DNA of 64,000 bases from Octopus sinensis (Eukaryota), in assembly GCF_006345805.1 (NCBI RefSeq), contig NW_021833303.1, positions 1-64,000 of the forward strand, given 5' to 3'. This document shows, one piece after another, positions 25,469-40,300 of this stretch (positions are counted from its first letter, which is position 1; the number at the start of each line of letters is the position of its first letter). A program made the position numbers and the translations under genes. The notes below the pieces were generated by a model, which worked only from the letters and a program-made list of their open reading frames with translations, was not told the origin of the DNA and did not search any database.

Positions 25469-27798
25469 AACTTAATGCGCATACACAGCAGAGTTCAAGG
25501 TCAACTTGTGCCGAGCGTGCTTTAGCTTCGTTACTATGGCAACAGTCTGGATACTTGTTGATCAGACCACATAGATATAATACCATATAATATCATACTT
25601 CCCTTAACGAGGGAATTTTGACTTATTTACTTTAAAAACAAAGCAGAAAATATGATACGAATTTACTGAATTAGGTTAGGAACCTTCTGCACATTGTTAC
25701 AGAAATAAAATGGCACAGCCTTGCCAAGGGAGACCAAAGTTACACGCCACACAATATAATATTTATTATGTAAACCAGCTTAATCTCGTGATGATTGTTT
25801 TATAATCAACTACAAATTAATAAGAGCTTAGGATCAGCAACTGTGGTAGTAAAATTTAATATCTGCTTAGAGATTCCTAGATAGTTATTGTGGAGATGTT
25901 AAACATTAACTGTGTTTACAATAATAATATTTAGGTTTACAGTGATATAGAAACGCATTCTGTAAACAACAGAATGTTTATAAAGTGATTTAAGTGGAGT
26001 CGTGATAAAGCTGTAACGAGTAAACTAAACAGGATGTGAGACTTGAAAGATTGAAAATTACGATAATCCAATTCGCGATCATGTGTTCTTAATATTCATT
26101 TCTTAATCAAAAGAATTCTTTTATTATCAGTCTGTGATTAGTGTTTTTGCGATTTTCATTAAAAGCTGTATTTGCTATTGTCTTAAATGATACAAGATAA
26201 AACGTTCAAATTTTCAGTTGATGTGTTTGACAGCCATATTTTATTAGGTGTCTATGTTTTGAGTACGATAAAGATAAATTACAGATATTCTTATTATTTT
26301 ATTTTTCCCCATTAATTATTTATGTGATAGCATTAGAATTACAATTTTATAGATATTTTTACCTTATATAAATAATAAAACTAAAACATTTTAAATTGAT
26401 ATCGCCATAAAATATAATATACTTTACATATTAATTGACTACATCATTAATCTACGATTTGTGAGCAGCAATCCGAAGTGGGAACCCCTGTAAGGTCGTT
26501 TGGCCTTCTAAATATCGCAAAAGGGACCAAAAGTCCTTCCCAAACCATAGACTCATAAAGTCAGTTTCCTGCATTCTGTAGCGTATATATTCCCCCACAG
26601 GACGAGGCCCCATCCACAGGACTGCTCATTTTTGCCAACTGAGGAGGCTGGAAAAACGTGAAATAAACTCATCGAAACCACAATCTACAACCATCAATAC
26701 AAGACCTTAACCCCTAAACCACGTGCCTCCACCCTTCAAGAAATAATAGTAATATATTACTCAAACCACTCTCTACAGTCTTAACTTTACATGAGATAAT
26801 GTAGTCCAAGATATATGCAGCCAAAATAAAGACGGTATGGATGGATGGTCACGGCTGGATCTATTTTTATCATAGATCTGCTTGATTATGGATGACCTGG
26901 TACTAATGAGCAACTATTTTAAACTTTATACTTACGTGAAATATATATAATTAAATGTAAAACTTTTTTTTTTAATCTTCATTCGATGAATCTTTCCATA
27001 TTTCAAATAATTTATGAAACATTTGGAATTGGTTGTACTTTAATACGAGTACGAAAACAAAACTGTTGCCTTTAAAATAAAGGATGCTAATAGGTGAGTG
27101 GGTGAGGTAACAATGGTTACGATGGACGAGAGGCAATGGTTCAACACCTGTATGATGGTGGTCAAGATTATTTGTTCTTAATGGATGCGTTGTGTCGTCG
27201 TCACAGTTGCTCCTTTTGTTAATTGTTGGTTGCTGCTGCAGACGCAGCACAAGCGGTGGTAGCTACAGTATGGTTACTCATGGTTACCCATGGTTACTCA
27301 TATCACTGAATTTCATATTGTTGCTGTTGCCGTTGTAGAGTTATTGGCAATCAATATTAAGGTTAGCCTTGTGTCCTTCAGAAGACCGCACTTATAACAC
27401 CAAGGCCTCCTTCTTTCTGACGCAGCCAACAACCCAAAATTGTGTATTTTCCTTTGGCGCAAACCTGCTTGGCATTTGTTCGAAATCCCCAGAGTGTCAT
27501 TAACTTTTGCAATTTTGTGATTACACCAGAACGGTTTCGTTTGGAGAAAACCTTTATGTTACAATTTCCCTCTGTCCTTCACCTTCAGTCACCGACACTC
27601 ATGGTTCCAACAATGGTAACACATCCGTTACATTCTCCACCTCCTGCTTTTCCATCGAGTTGCATATTACATTAGAATATGTAATAATATTTAATACTTT
27701 ATTGCTTTCTATTAAATATTACTTTCGACATATATATCTACATATACATGTGTGTGTGCATGTATATTTACATACATATATATATATATTATATTTAC

Positions 27799-27829
<31 letters not shown>

Positions 27830-27876
27830 ATATCATATATATATATTATGTGTGTTATGTGTGTATGCATGTACTG

Positions 27877-27984
<108 letters not shown>

Positions 27985-29121
27985 CATATATGTGTGTGTA
28001 TGTGGGTTGCAGTCTTATTGCAATGATTTCCTTCCACAACAGCCACGGCGGAATTTTTTTAAATTAAGATGTTTATCTTGGCCAGAAATAAAGTTTCGAA
28101 TTTTTCCTGAAAAAAGATATTCAACAAAGATACTTTTTCTCCGATTACAAAAAATGCGACAAATCAAATGTAGGAATAAAAACTAATTTACATCCAATGA
28201 AATAACTATTTTTTTTTTTATAAACTTCGTTAGACTTGTGAGAGAGTCTGACCAGGCCATTAAAGATAATATTGATTTCTTTATTTGCCACAAGGGCGGC
28301 ACGCAAAAAATAATGACATGATTTTTTAACATAAGCAGAAGGGTCAACAGTTGTTAACGAACAAAAGTCATACTAAAGTGGTACTTTATTTTATCGATTA
28401 TGGAAGAAAAGCAAAGTCGACTTCGATACCATTTTAATTCGGAAAGCAAAACAATGTAATTAAAAACCAAGAAGCACTAACGATTCTGACATCCATCAAT
28501 AATAATAATAATAATAATGACAATAATAATAATAATAATAATGATAATAATAATAATAATGACAACATCAACAAAAATAAAGAACCTTCAATTCCCAGAG
28601 GTTAAGATAGAAATGGTAAAATTCTTTAAATGTGTCCCCAGCTGAAACATTGAGAAATTAGTTCATTGTGAAATCAGTTAAATCAACAAAACGTTTGGGG
28701 TGTAAAGCCACGTGACAGGACGATGAGCTTGTTTCCTGTTGTTATTCTAAAGTAAAAAAGAAAAAAATTACAAAAGTGAACCATCAACCACAGAATTGGT
28801 GGAGTTAATGATTAGCCCAGGTTCGAATACGAATCAAGGGTTTGGAACATATCACCATAGTGGTTCTCTTCATACTTCTAAACTCATGAGGATCGTATTG
28901 GTACATAAACATACACATACTCCCATAGAAAAAAAGATCGAGTCCCACGGGCAGGCAGCGACTTTTTTCTACCCGACAGGGTCTTTAAATCCAATATTTA
29001 TATGCTATTTATAGCTTAATCTACTTCGAGATCCACTGCTTTCCAAAAAGAAATTATTTCACGTTCTCTACAAAGTTTATAAATCTTTATGACGTCAGCT
29101 ACACAAACAAACGCACACACG

Positions 29122-29200
<79 letters not shown>

Positions 29201-29926
29201 GGATGAATGAATTATCCTTTGTTTACTGTTAACATGGAAAATTCAATAAACAGTTATCAGGGTAGCAAAATTCACGCAAGTAACAAGGATGAAGCGACCT
29301 ATTCAAAGGTAGAAACTCTTAAAGACAACAATAAGGATTTTAAGTTAGATTGGTTCATCCTGTCCATATCTTTTCCTTATGATACGGGCTAGGGAATTTG
29401 TAACATTTCCATCTCTGAACTCTTCCATATTCTCTTCTCTAAGAATCACCTTGTAAACACACTTATAGAGCGATCGTACCAAGGTAAACACTGGCAGAAA
29501 CATACCTTTAGCTCATATAAGTGATTTTGCCAGTCTTTATAGTTTGAACAGTTAGTTTAACTTGCACTTTACTTCAATAGAGAAATCTACTTCCAAGCCT
29601 TTGAACATTTTTTCAGCCAATGTATCCCTCTTTATTTGTTCTCTACTTATTATTTCTTTACCCCTTCTCTTCCTAGTGTTTGCCTTTGACGTTGAATCTA
29701 CTAACGGTTTTTTTTTAAATACTTAATAACGTTCTGTTTATCATTTATGCAGTCATCGTAACTGTTATAATGTCTTGTTGTTGAGATAGGCTCTCTTTCT
29801 TTCCTGATGAGAAGATTGCATTTTGCACCGTTTATTCCTTTGGAATAAAACCAATGTTGTCTTCGAAACATATGTCGAAAGTAAAAGAATTTGAATAGCA
29901 TCTGTGTTCAACTCCATTTATTTACT

Positions 29927-29959
<33 letters not shown>

Positions 29960-30305
29960 TATATATATATATATATATTGAAAAATGTGTGAGATCCTTG
30001 GTACAGTTGGGTATATTTGAAAAAGAATGACTTCACTGGTAGTTCTAATCAATTTAATTTATTATTTTAAATTTTTTTAATAATATAAATTTTAGTTCAT
30101 GGAACTATGAACTAAAATTTATATTATAAAAAAATTTTTAAATGATAAATCAAATTGATTAGAACTACCAGTGAAGCCATTTTTTTTCTTTTTTCAAATA
30201 TATATACATATATACACTTTAATTTCCAAAAATTTGTTTTACTTTTATTTTCACACCTACGTACATACCTACTCATGCACATACACATCTTCAAAACCTA
30301 CATAT

Positions 30306-30344
<39 letters not shown>

Positions 30345-30530
30345 ACTTCATACATACCAGCTATTGGCGATTCTTCCCGTTTTATATTATTAGGCTAATT
30401 CAATGTTTCACTCTCACATACTCCTCATCCTTCTCTGAATTTTTGTTTCTTGCTAATGTATATTTATCTAAACATACCAGTAATGTTAGAAAATTACTAT
30501 TTGTAAATCTCACAACGAGAGATATTCAGC

Positions 30531-30774
30531 AACAGTACTTTGCAGTAAAGATTGTTTGCCAACATAACATGGCAATCCTGGTTTAGGACGAATGTTGCTG
30601 TAATTTAGCCCCAGGAGACATCGTCTCCAGCTGGCTATACGACACGATGTGCGTCCTTTTATTTTCGAGCAGATCGTGTCATATACCCAGCTGAGGACGA
30701 TGTCTCCTGGGGCTAAATTACAGCAACATTCGTCCTAAACCAGGACTGCCATGTTATGTTGGCAAACAATCTTT
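30531..30774. mobile_element. Fold-back pair of Penelope-like pLTR 3' ends (family P3)
   Basis: Arms 30547-30648 and 30673-30774; same sequence as the arms at 46672-47083. Confidence 0.7.
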
Positions 30775-31299
30775 ATTCCATACCAGTAGTGATGCGAAAA
30801 TATTTTAACTGCACTTTCTAACAAATAACGCATTACCATCATTTCATTGATATTAGATTATTATGATCATTATATAACACATCTAAAAAAACAGAACCAA
30901 TTTGTTATTAAAAGTAATCACCTTATCTTAAGTACACATTTGTGTCAATAAAATATCTATATAACTTCCAACATTATATATTCTTTCTAAATTCAAAAAA
31001 ATGAACATTTCAGTCTATGGTTGCACATAAGGATTATCTCCGAGTGCTTGTTAAATATTCTATCCTTACATGATATGTCAGATATAATGTATTATAGCAG
31101 AACGGAAATTGCCCCAACGGTCACTGAGGAGCACAGCAGGCTCAAGGTGGAAACGGATGAATTCGTGGGCGACTGTTTTTATCTCCTTTTAAATATGTTG
31201 GGACTGTAGTTGATGCTGACACGTTGAAATAGTCCTTTCGGATGTGTTTTATATTCTACAGTATCTATTCCTGTATGCATGTATATATGTGTGTGCGTG

Positions 31300-31382
<83 letters not shown>

Positions 31383-31517
31383 TATATATATGTATGTATG
31401 TATATATGTGTGTGTGTGTATATATATATATACATGTATATATATATGTATTTATATATAATCAAAATAAGCAACAAGGATTCTGGAGCCTTTAAACTTA
31501 AGTACCATATTCAACTG

Positions 31518-31552
<35 letters not shown>

Positions 31553-31592
31553 ATATATATATATATTATATATATATATATATATTATATAT

Positions 31593-31670
<78 letters not shown>

Positions 31671-32190
31671 TATATATGTATGTATGTATGTATGTATATA
31701 TGTATGTATGAATGTGTGTATGCATGAATATATGCATGTATGTATGCGTGTATGAATGTATTTATGAATGCATGTGCACAGTTACATTCCATCAGATAAT
31801 TTCGGAATGCTAGAAATCAAGAGGTTCGTGCATGTACGGCGCTTTGTTGCTGCCTGAATATCTAGAGACATTGGTGTGCTTGTATATCTAGGAATATATA
31901 CACTCGTGTGTATGTATGTGTTTAATAGTTTTTGATATTTCACATCCTGCCAGTGTCACCAACCCACCAATGCCAACTAGATAGGACCACCAGCCTACTT
32001 TCTAATCACTATTTCTATCACTGTGAAATTCCAATATGTGTGTGTGAGTGAGTGGGGGGTGCGTGTGTGTGCGTGTGTGTGCGTGTGTGTGCGTGTGTGT
32101 GCGTGTGTTGAATATTTGATATGTGAGGGGCAAGTATAGCAATACCTTATCATTAAGTGAAATGTCGTATATGCATAAAAAAACAACAGC

Positions 32191-32230
<40 letters not shown>

Positions 32231-32383
32231 TAATAATAATAATAATAATAATAATATAATAATATAATAATATAATAATAATAATGATGATGATGATAAT
32301 AATAATAATAATAATATAATAATAATAATAATAATAATATGGTGATGATGATGATCATGATGATCATGATGATCATGATGATG

Positions 32384-32435
<52 letters not shown>

Positions 32436-33096
32436 ACCCAACTGTAATACACTGAAAAATGTCATATGCGTTTAGTTAAGTTAAGGACATGAAACGCGTT
32501 TATCAAATGATTAAATAAATAAAACTAAACATACACGAAAAGAAGCCAAACTCAAAACCAGGGTCAACCAGATTAGAGCACTTTCCGTTTCTGTGACGTG
32601 ACGTGATAACGTAACTTGCATTTCTCTTCGTGTGGAAGTCTCTTGAGTCAAATTTTTACTAGATGTTATACATACATACATATATATATATAACATATAT
32701 ATACATACATACATATATATATATATAGTTTGTGAAACTGTGGTGTAGTTACTGACTGATAATGAAGATGTTCCTTATCGCTTTTTTCCTGTCATGAAGT
32801 TTTTTCTTTCATTTCACTCATTCCAGATGAATGGTAGAAACATCGACGACCAATTTCATCCTCTTTAAATGTTAGAGGTTTGTTTTTTGTGAAGCGGGGA
32901 GATGGGGTAATTTTTTTTCTTATTTTGATCCCTTCTCTTTGTTCTAGAAAAGAAGTTAACCTTTGCTTTAAGAATCCAACCCGAAAAAACTGCTTTTCTC
33001 TCAGAGGTGATATGTTTTCCCACGTCAAGTGAATAAATCTGGATTTGTTTATCGAGTTGAAAACATAATTGGGAATGCCTAAGAAAATAAAGAAAG

Positions 33097-33181
<85 letters not shown>

Positions 33182-34613
33182 TACACATACACACCGATCA
33201 AGACAAAATTGAAATACCAGCATATTTCTTGGGAGTTCATTCTTGTCTTGTTTTTGTTTTTTATCAAATTAAACCTTATATTGAAATTTTTTTTTTTAAT
33301 TATCTCAAAAACGGTTTTATAGAATTTACACTTACTCATAACCAAATTTTTACTAAGAATCGTTTTGGAATTATTTTTCAGACATTGAGTCTTTTAGTAA
33401 CTACTTCTCAAGAATCCTCTTCATGAACCTCCTATGCCATTCTTCTTGAAATGCCTCAAAAAGCGTTTTGTGATTTCTATAAGTTTCTGAATTTAGTTTT
33501 GATTTAGGGATCTATAAATGTTGAAAGTGGTTTTGGTTCTGGAGATTTTCCACGCCAAAACAAATTCTCAGATCGATAAAGGAAAAAAATTTATGTAATT
33601 TTCAAGAAATCTCGTATATTAATAAAGGTTGACTAAATAAACAGTTAAATGAAGGAAAAATAATTTCGCAAAATATCTTTTTTGTGATATTGTGCAGTGG
33701 CATTTCATTGCATAGAACAAGTGGTCCATGCATACCGGCACAATCATTCGACTGTACCACTGTCCCTTTCCTTTCTTTTTTTTGTGGTGGTGGGGGCGCT
33801 TCCGTCTGTTGAATTCGTCTTAGGCAAGTTAAATATTTGCAAAGAAATTGAAGATAATTTCTTATTACAGAAATTGTTTCTGTAAACGGTATTTTTTTCC
33901 AGGACTCTATTGCAAATTTTGGGTCCTTTAAAAGAAACGTCGACTTACATTTATTTCTTCTGTGTCTTTTAGTGAAATTCCTCAATAAAGACATGGTTTC
34001 CTTTCAATGGAAGCTATTTTTTTTTATTAGCTTTCTCTTACTTCTCAAACTAAGAGACTTTTTCTGGTTGCTAATCCCTTTTCTTGAATTTTAACTCCTT
34101 TATATATCGGTACTTAAGGAAATATTTAATCATCTTTTCTTCGGCTTCTCTTTGAGTCTTCTGAAGTTATGGCCTTCAATGGCAGTGAAAATATCATTTC
34201 CTTCTTCGAAAGTAATAAAAGTTTACTTCCTTTAGTGGGAGCCATCAAGTCTAAAATTGATTAAGATCTTGCTCTGTCTAATTACAAAAATAAACAAAGT
34301 AAAAAAAAATCCTCCGAGAAAAAGAAGTTTATTCATAAAACTAAACAAAAATCGAAATGGGGGATAAAATTGAGGTCACGCAGCAAAAATGAAAATAACT
34401 AATAAAAAGAGACACAGAATAATTCATCCAATGTCATAAATTAAGTTTCATGATTGCAGTAATTAAATTATAGTAATTAAATGATGTCTTCATCTCTAGA
34501 ATGATGTTTTTGAATTTTTAATCGGGGATATGTTTTTTCTTTATCGAACTTACACACACACACACAGAAGCCCGTGTAAACGTGTATATAGACAGGCAGA
34601 TAGATAGATAGAC

Positions 34614-34702
<89 letters not shown>

Positions 34703-34759
34703 CGTGTGTGTATGTGTGTGTGTGTATGTGTGTGTGTGTGTGTGTGTGGTGTGTGTGTG

Positions 34760-34800
<41 letters not shown>

Positions 34801-35454
34801 AAAAATCAGATATGAGAACTACACTAAAATTATGAAGAAAAGCTATTAGGATATGAGACCTCGCCGGTGCTTCCAACGTCGCTAACATTTGATTTCCATG
34901 ATGAATATTCTGAGAGAAATCTTTGTCCTCTCCAGGGAGAAAGATAACTCTCATACAATAAAAGTGCAACTAAGATACATTTACACTTCACACACACACA
35001 CACACACATTATCAACGGTAATATTCACGAACAAGATTCCTTGTTTTCACAGTTCGTAACTTTATGATATATTTAACACATATTTAGACGAAATTAAACG
35101 AAAACAAACAAACCTTAATATTCCTGTATATAAAATTTCATTTATTTCATGAACCTTTCCGATATTTGCCAATAAAATATGAATTATTACCGTGAACGAA
35201 GCACGGTGGACAATATGTAGGCTTCTTTTAATAGTTATAATCAAAAGATTGGTGTTTGAGGATGACATATAACGGCCTGGGTTGATTATTATCTGGAGCC
35301 AAGACTACTTAAAACCATATTCTAAGTTTAACTTGGTTATTAATAGACATGGTTTCGTCGCCGCCTCAGTTCGTGACGTGTGTGTGTGCTATTAAGTTAG
35401 ACATGGCCTGGGCCAATAATGGCCGAAACCTATCAAAGTATCAAAGTATCAAAG

Positions 35455-35485
<31 letters not shown>

Positions 35486-35491
35486 ATATAT

Positions 35492-35659
35492 AGTTAATCC
35501 AAACAAGAAAACACAAAAAAACACAACAACGCGAGGACGTGGAACAAATATAGTATTATTGGACGCTCAGGAAAGAAGGGAAGAAGGAGGGTTTAACGTT
35601 TCGAGCGGAGCTCTTCGTCGGAAACATAGGAGATGGAAAGATTCCGAGAAGGGAAGACG

Positions 35660-35662
<3 letters not shown>
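35492..35662 (-). mobile_element. Penelope-like pLTR (family P1) in (TA)n
   Basis: Same family as 45900-46072 and 54585-54790; contains a hammerhead-like motif; (TA)n on both flanks. Confidence 0.7.
35591..35625 (-). ncRNA. Minimal hammerhead motif with U4C change
   Basis: GTTT-CCGACGA-A-GAGC-TCC-GCTC-GAAAC-GTT-AAAC. Confidence 0.55.
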
Positions 35663-35709
<47 letters not shown>

Positions 35710-35967
35710 TATATATATATATAATATATATACATATATATACATATATATACATATATATATATACATATATGTGCTTATACATATACATATTCAGTGT
35801 ATTCATACGTGTGTGTGTATATATATATATACACGCATTTACATACACATGCATACATATATTTGTGAAAGTATATATGTGTGTGTAAACTTACTATACC
35901 CATATATATACATGTATAGACATATATAATTAGGCTAACGTGTGTGTATTTTTTATTCGTTTACTTG

Positions 35968-36072
<105 letters not shown>

Positions 36073-37036
36073 TATATACATATATATATTCTTTTAGTTA
36101 ATTTGTGCTAAATAAACTAATTAACACTAATATTACATTTTAGTCGGATCTGCCATATTACCAATGGCTAAATAGAAAATAATATCTGTCACAGAAATTA
36201 AGGATTTATGTTCAACAACATTTCGTTTCCGGCTGATTATATATTTGCGAAGTGGAAAGGTTTCTTATTAGGCTGATTCTTGGTGTGTACGTGTTTGAAT
36301 TCTGTGATCTAATGGCGGTGAAATCACAGAAGTGGTACAAGGTTACATTAGCTGACTTTCTTCTGTTTCAAACCGCATCGACATCTTTTACATTCTTTAC
36401 CAATCGCGCCGGTGTGATTCTCTATACATTTTTCACCTACAAAATGATCTGACATTAAACTGCATTCAGTAGCGAGGCTTCTGTTGGAGAGTCCTGAACT
36501 TTGAGGAGGGAATGGAGTCACCCTTTAATTACCGTTGCTCCCAGGTCTGGAACGATTGTACCTGTCGGGATCCCATCAATGGGTCAAATAGATTTTTGTC
36601 GGGTAGATAAAGCTACTTAGCTGCGGTGAAATCAGTCAATCTAGAAGGAAAACTCCAGAATTCATGCCATCTCCCAACATATCCTTAGCCACCATGGAAG
36701 AGCATGAAGTATGTCCACTAACATAGATTCATACAATGGGGGCAACTGTCTCATGCTAAGGTGCATTCGGCCGCAAGCGGAGATGGCCAGGGATGTTGTT
36801 TCAACTAAACAAAATGTCTTGTTGGTGCTTTGGACAAAGTCTCTGGCGGCATTTGCTCTGAATCTTTTAGTTGTAAGTTCAAAACTCGCTGAAATTGACT
36901 TCACTTTCGTCTCTCAGAAGTCATAAATAAAATGCTAATTAAATATTGCAGTAGATTTAAATCGACTCAACTCTTTCTCCCACAGACTGTCTAATCTCGT
37001 GCATATATTAGAAATTATCATCATCATCATTATTAT

Positions 37037-37575
37037 TGAGTGAGAGAGCAGAGCATGCCATCAAAGTGACACTAGGGTAAAATATACGAAGCCCAGTATA
37101 CCCATCATGACTACCTGTCTGATAAGGGTACACTAGGCATATCCATCACAGCCATATGTACGCGACATGGTGATCTCATATCAAGATAAACAGCACATGA
37201 CCTTGCAGGTTGGACCCAGTTAGAATTTTCTTCTGGTCGAATACCTCATCCCACTCAAAAGGTCCCTGAATAAGGGTTGTTTAAGGATGTTGAACGATGT
37301 TTCCAGAGGTGAATTATTCAAACCCCAAAGAATCCCACTCAACACACGGCTATGATGCTCCCCCACTACTTCTGCTCGTGATCAGATATGCACATATCGT
37401 CAGCCACTTAGGGGCATGCTCAACTGTTAAGGTCAAACAACTGACAAGCAAATCTGTAGTATTGAGCAGAATATTTGCTGTAGGCCATCTTTTATACCAA
37501 GACAAAACAATGTACTCTTCCAATCAGTTAAGATCAGAAGCCACGAGAGTCACTACCTGGTACTGCATCAGGGCA
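37037..37575 (-). mobile_element. Near-complete ORF-less (TAA)n-embedded repeat
   Basis: Homologous to 15687-16177; bounded by ATT-type repeats on both sides. Confidence 0.8.
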
Positions 37576-37602
37576 TCTATTATTATTATTATCATTATTA
37601 TC

Positions 37603-37664
<62 letters not shown>

Positions 37665-37699
37665 CATTATTATTATTATTATTATTGTTATTATTATTA

Positions 37700-37752
<53 letters not shown>

Positions 37753-37754
<2 letters not shown>

Positions 37755-37945
37755 GGCAGAATCGTTAGCACGCCGGTCAAAATGCTTAGTGGCATTTCGT
37801 TCGTCTTTATGTTCTGAGTTCAAATTCCACCGAGGTCAGCTTGGCTTTTCGGAATCGATAAAATAAGTACAGTTGAACCCTGAGATCGTTGTAATCGGCT
37901 TCCCCATCCCCTCAAAGTTGTTGGTTTGGGGCCAAAATAAGAAAT
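37753..37945 (+). mobile_element. Degenerate family A SINE
   Basis: ggcagaatcgttagcacgccgg...ctgagttcaaattccaccgagg. Confidence 0.8.
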
Positions 37946-38603
37946 ATTGTTGGTGGTGGGGAGCAACAATACGTTGTTTCTCGTCGCTTGTCAGTTATTC
38001 GTCTCTTTATATATTCAAAAGATGTTAATTTCTGAAACTTTGTCCCGTGATATTCGTTAAGTCAACCAGAACACAAACGGCTGGTTGGCTCTTTTGTTTC
38101 TTGCCTCTTTGAAGCTCAACTTTGTATTTTTTTTTCTAAATATGGCGTTTACAACCACCAAACTAAAGGGGGGGAAGTAGGAGGTAACCCACAAAGAAAG
38201 GTGCTGCACGAGGAAGTGAAGAAGAAAGATTTTCAAGCGACGAACGTTCAAAATCCAAAATAATTGCATCACTACTATGGTGGCAAATGACATTTGCAGT
38301 AACAACAACAATAACAAGAGCAGCCGCAGCAATGGTAGCCGAGATGGCGTTCTACTCATGGGGGAAGAGGAGGAGGAGCTTTCATCGTTGAAAGTTCAAA
38401 GATATAAAAGAAAATGTGTTGCTACTATGACAACAAACCACAGCAGCGGGAAAAAAAGAAGAGCAACTTCAGTAACAAAAAAAAAAGAAAGTAACGGCAG
38501 CAGTTGCAGCAGCAGCACAGCAGCAGCAACGGCAATAATGGCAGAATAGCGACTGAGACAGCAATAACAGCGACATTAATAGCAGGGGTGACTGCAACAG
38601 CTT

Positions 38604-38788
38604 TGTGGAGGCGCAATGGCCCGAGCGAACTCGCGGTCGTAAGGAAGTGGTTTCGATTCCCAGACCGGGCACTGTGAGTGTTTATTGAGCAAAAACACCT
38701 AATCTCCACGAGGCTCCAGCGCGGGGTGGTGATGAACCCCGCTGTACTCTTTCACCACAACTTTCTCTCACTCTTTCTTCCTGCTTCT
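38604..38788 (+). mobile_element. Family B SINE, 5' half
   Basis: tgtggaggcgcaatggcc...ggtttcgattcccagaccggg; colinear with 51074. Confidence 0.85.
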
Positions 38789-39072
38789 GCCACAAAGCAG
38801 AGGAACCATGGTGTAACCCACTATGGTGTGGTAAACCTTCAGACCCTAGTCTAGATTGCGAATCCTCTGTGCCCCAGGATGGTTCAGCTCTCCACCCGTT
38901 AACATTCACCGTTTACGGAATGAGGATAACAACGTAGCTTTCGCGCCCATGCAACCGCCAGTCCAGCGCGTGTGGTGGGTGGATCTTCAAGTTGCCACAC
39001 GCATTCTTAGTAGCTTAGAGTAGGTTCGAATTAGAGATTATTCTTTGTAGCTAATGGCGTGAGTCCTGATTG

Positions 39073-39168
39073 GAAGAAGAAGAAGAAGAAGAAGAAGAAG
39101 AAGAAGAAGAAGAAGAAGAAGAAGAAGAAGAAGAAGAAGAAGAAGAAGAAGAAGAAGAAGAAGAAGAA
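39073..39168. repeat. (GAA)n microsatellite
   Basis: About 32 perfect units; source of the poly-Glu/Ser/Leu ORFs. Confidence 0.97.
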
Positions 39169-39779
39169 ACAGCTTTAGCAACAACGATAACAGCGACGAA
39201 AGCAATAACACCGGCAGAGAATGTATCAATAATTCCACCAAAAGGAATAATAACAACAACAATAGCAAGCTTTGTCATCGCTGGAAAGAGTTACCACCAG
39301 AAAACTCTACAATGTCTGCCAAGAAGAGAAGCGAACAAAAGTAAGAAGACGCCGCTCGACTTACGAAAATAAGTCGAGTTTGCGCCTCTCCCTGAAACTC
39401 TAAGCTGCAACACCTACAAAGACCGTTGTCTATCGCTGCGTGAGTTCAACAATTCGGTGTGGTGGTGGGGGTGTACGTGGTTACGGTGTTATTCTCATGA
39501 TCGTAAGAGTGTGGTTTGGGTTTCTAGACCAGTTGAAGCATTGTGTGTTTTTTTTTTTTTGAAAAACATTTCATTTCATTTTCATTTTACCACTCAATTG
39601 GTAGGAATGCGTCGTCCTGTTACGGACCGGCGTCCCGTCCAGAGGGGGATAAATGTACACCCTTCATAATCCGTAAAAACCGGTCTTATGAGCTCGCGGT
39701 TCGGACAGGGTCATTGATCCTTTTATATGTGTGTGTGTGAGCGTGTGTGTGAGCGTGTGTGTGTGTGCAAATATCTATA

Positions 39780-39815
<36 letters not shown>

Positions 39816-39939
39816 TATATGAATATATAGGTTTGTATATGTCTGTATTTATATGTGTGTATGTGTGGGCGGCATAGTATTATATATGTACAAATATGTG
39901 TATATATATGTATATATATCATCTGGAAAATATTTTCTA

Positions 39940-40300
39940 ACTAGAAAGGGTATGGACTGATCAGCCTGTAATGATATGCATAAGATCTGGTCATCAAATC
40001 TAAGTAGAGACTTCAAACTTAAAATCTTCAAAGCCACAGTCGAACCAATTCTACTATATGGCTCAGAAACGTGGTCGTTATCAAAGAAGCTTGAGAGGCG
40101 GTTGGATGGAACTTACACTCGCCTCCTTATGAGAGTTCAAAATCTCTCGTGGAAGCATCATCCAACCAAAGTGCAAATATATGGGAAACTACCACCTGTA
40201 TCATCTCTTGTGAAAGGTAGGAGAGTCCAGTTTGCTGGACATTGTTGTAGAGCTGAAAACGAGGTAATTTCTACTCTTCTCCTCTGGAAGCCATCTACGA
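39940..40300 (+). mobile_element. RTE-clade LINE fragment (region C-terminal to RT)
   Basis: KLKIFKATVEPILLYGSETW...LDGTYTRLL...RRVQFAGHC.RA. Confidence 0.85.

Noticed and set aside
25530-25543. Single X-box-like GTTACTATGGCAAC, plus 3x ATGGTTACYC at 27270-27299
   Set aside because: Isolated short motifs without promoter context.
27080-27680. Unique GC-richer block as a possible exon
   Set aside because: Stops in plausible frames, no splice pair, no recognisable motif.
32480-32850. Hammerhead-like fragments (gaaacgcgttt; ccagatga...gaaac)
   Set aside because: Core incomplete and no stem I pairing.
35405-35435. GGCC-aataat-GGCC-GAAAC resembling hammerhead stem II
   Set aside because: CUGANGA and the cleavage triplet are missing.
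38277-38549. 90-aa ORF MVANDICS...
   Set aside because: Built from CAG/CAA/GAG low-complexity sequence; no domain or splice support.
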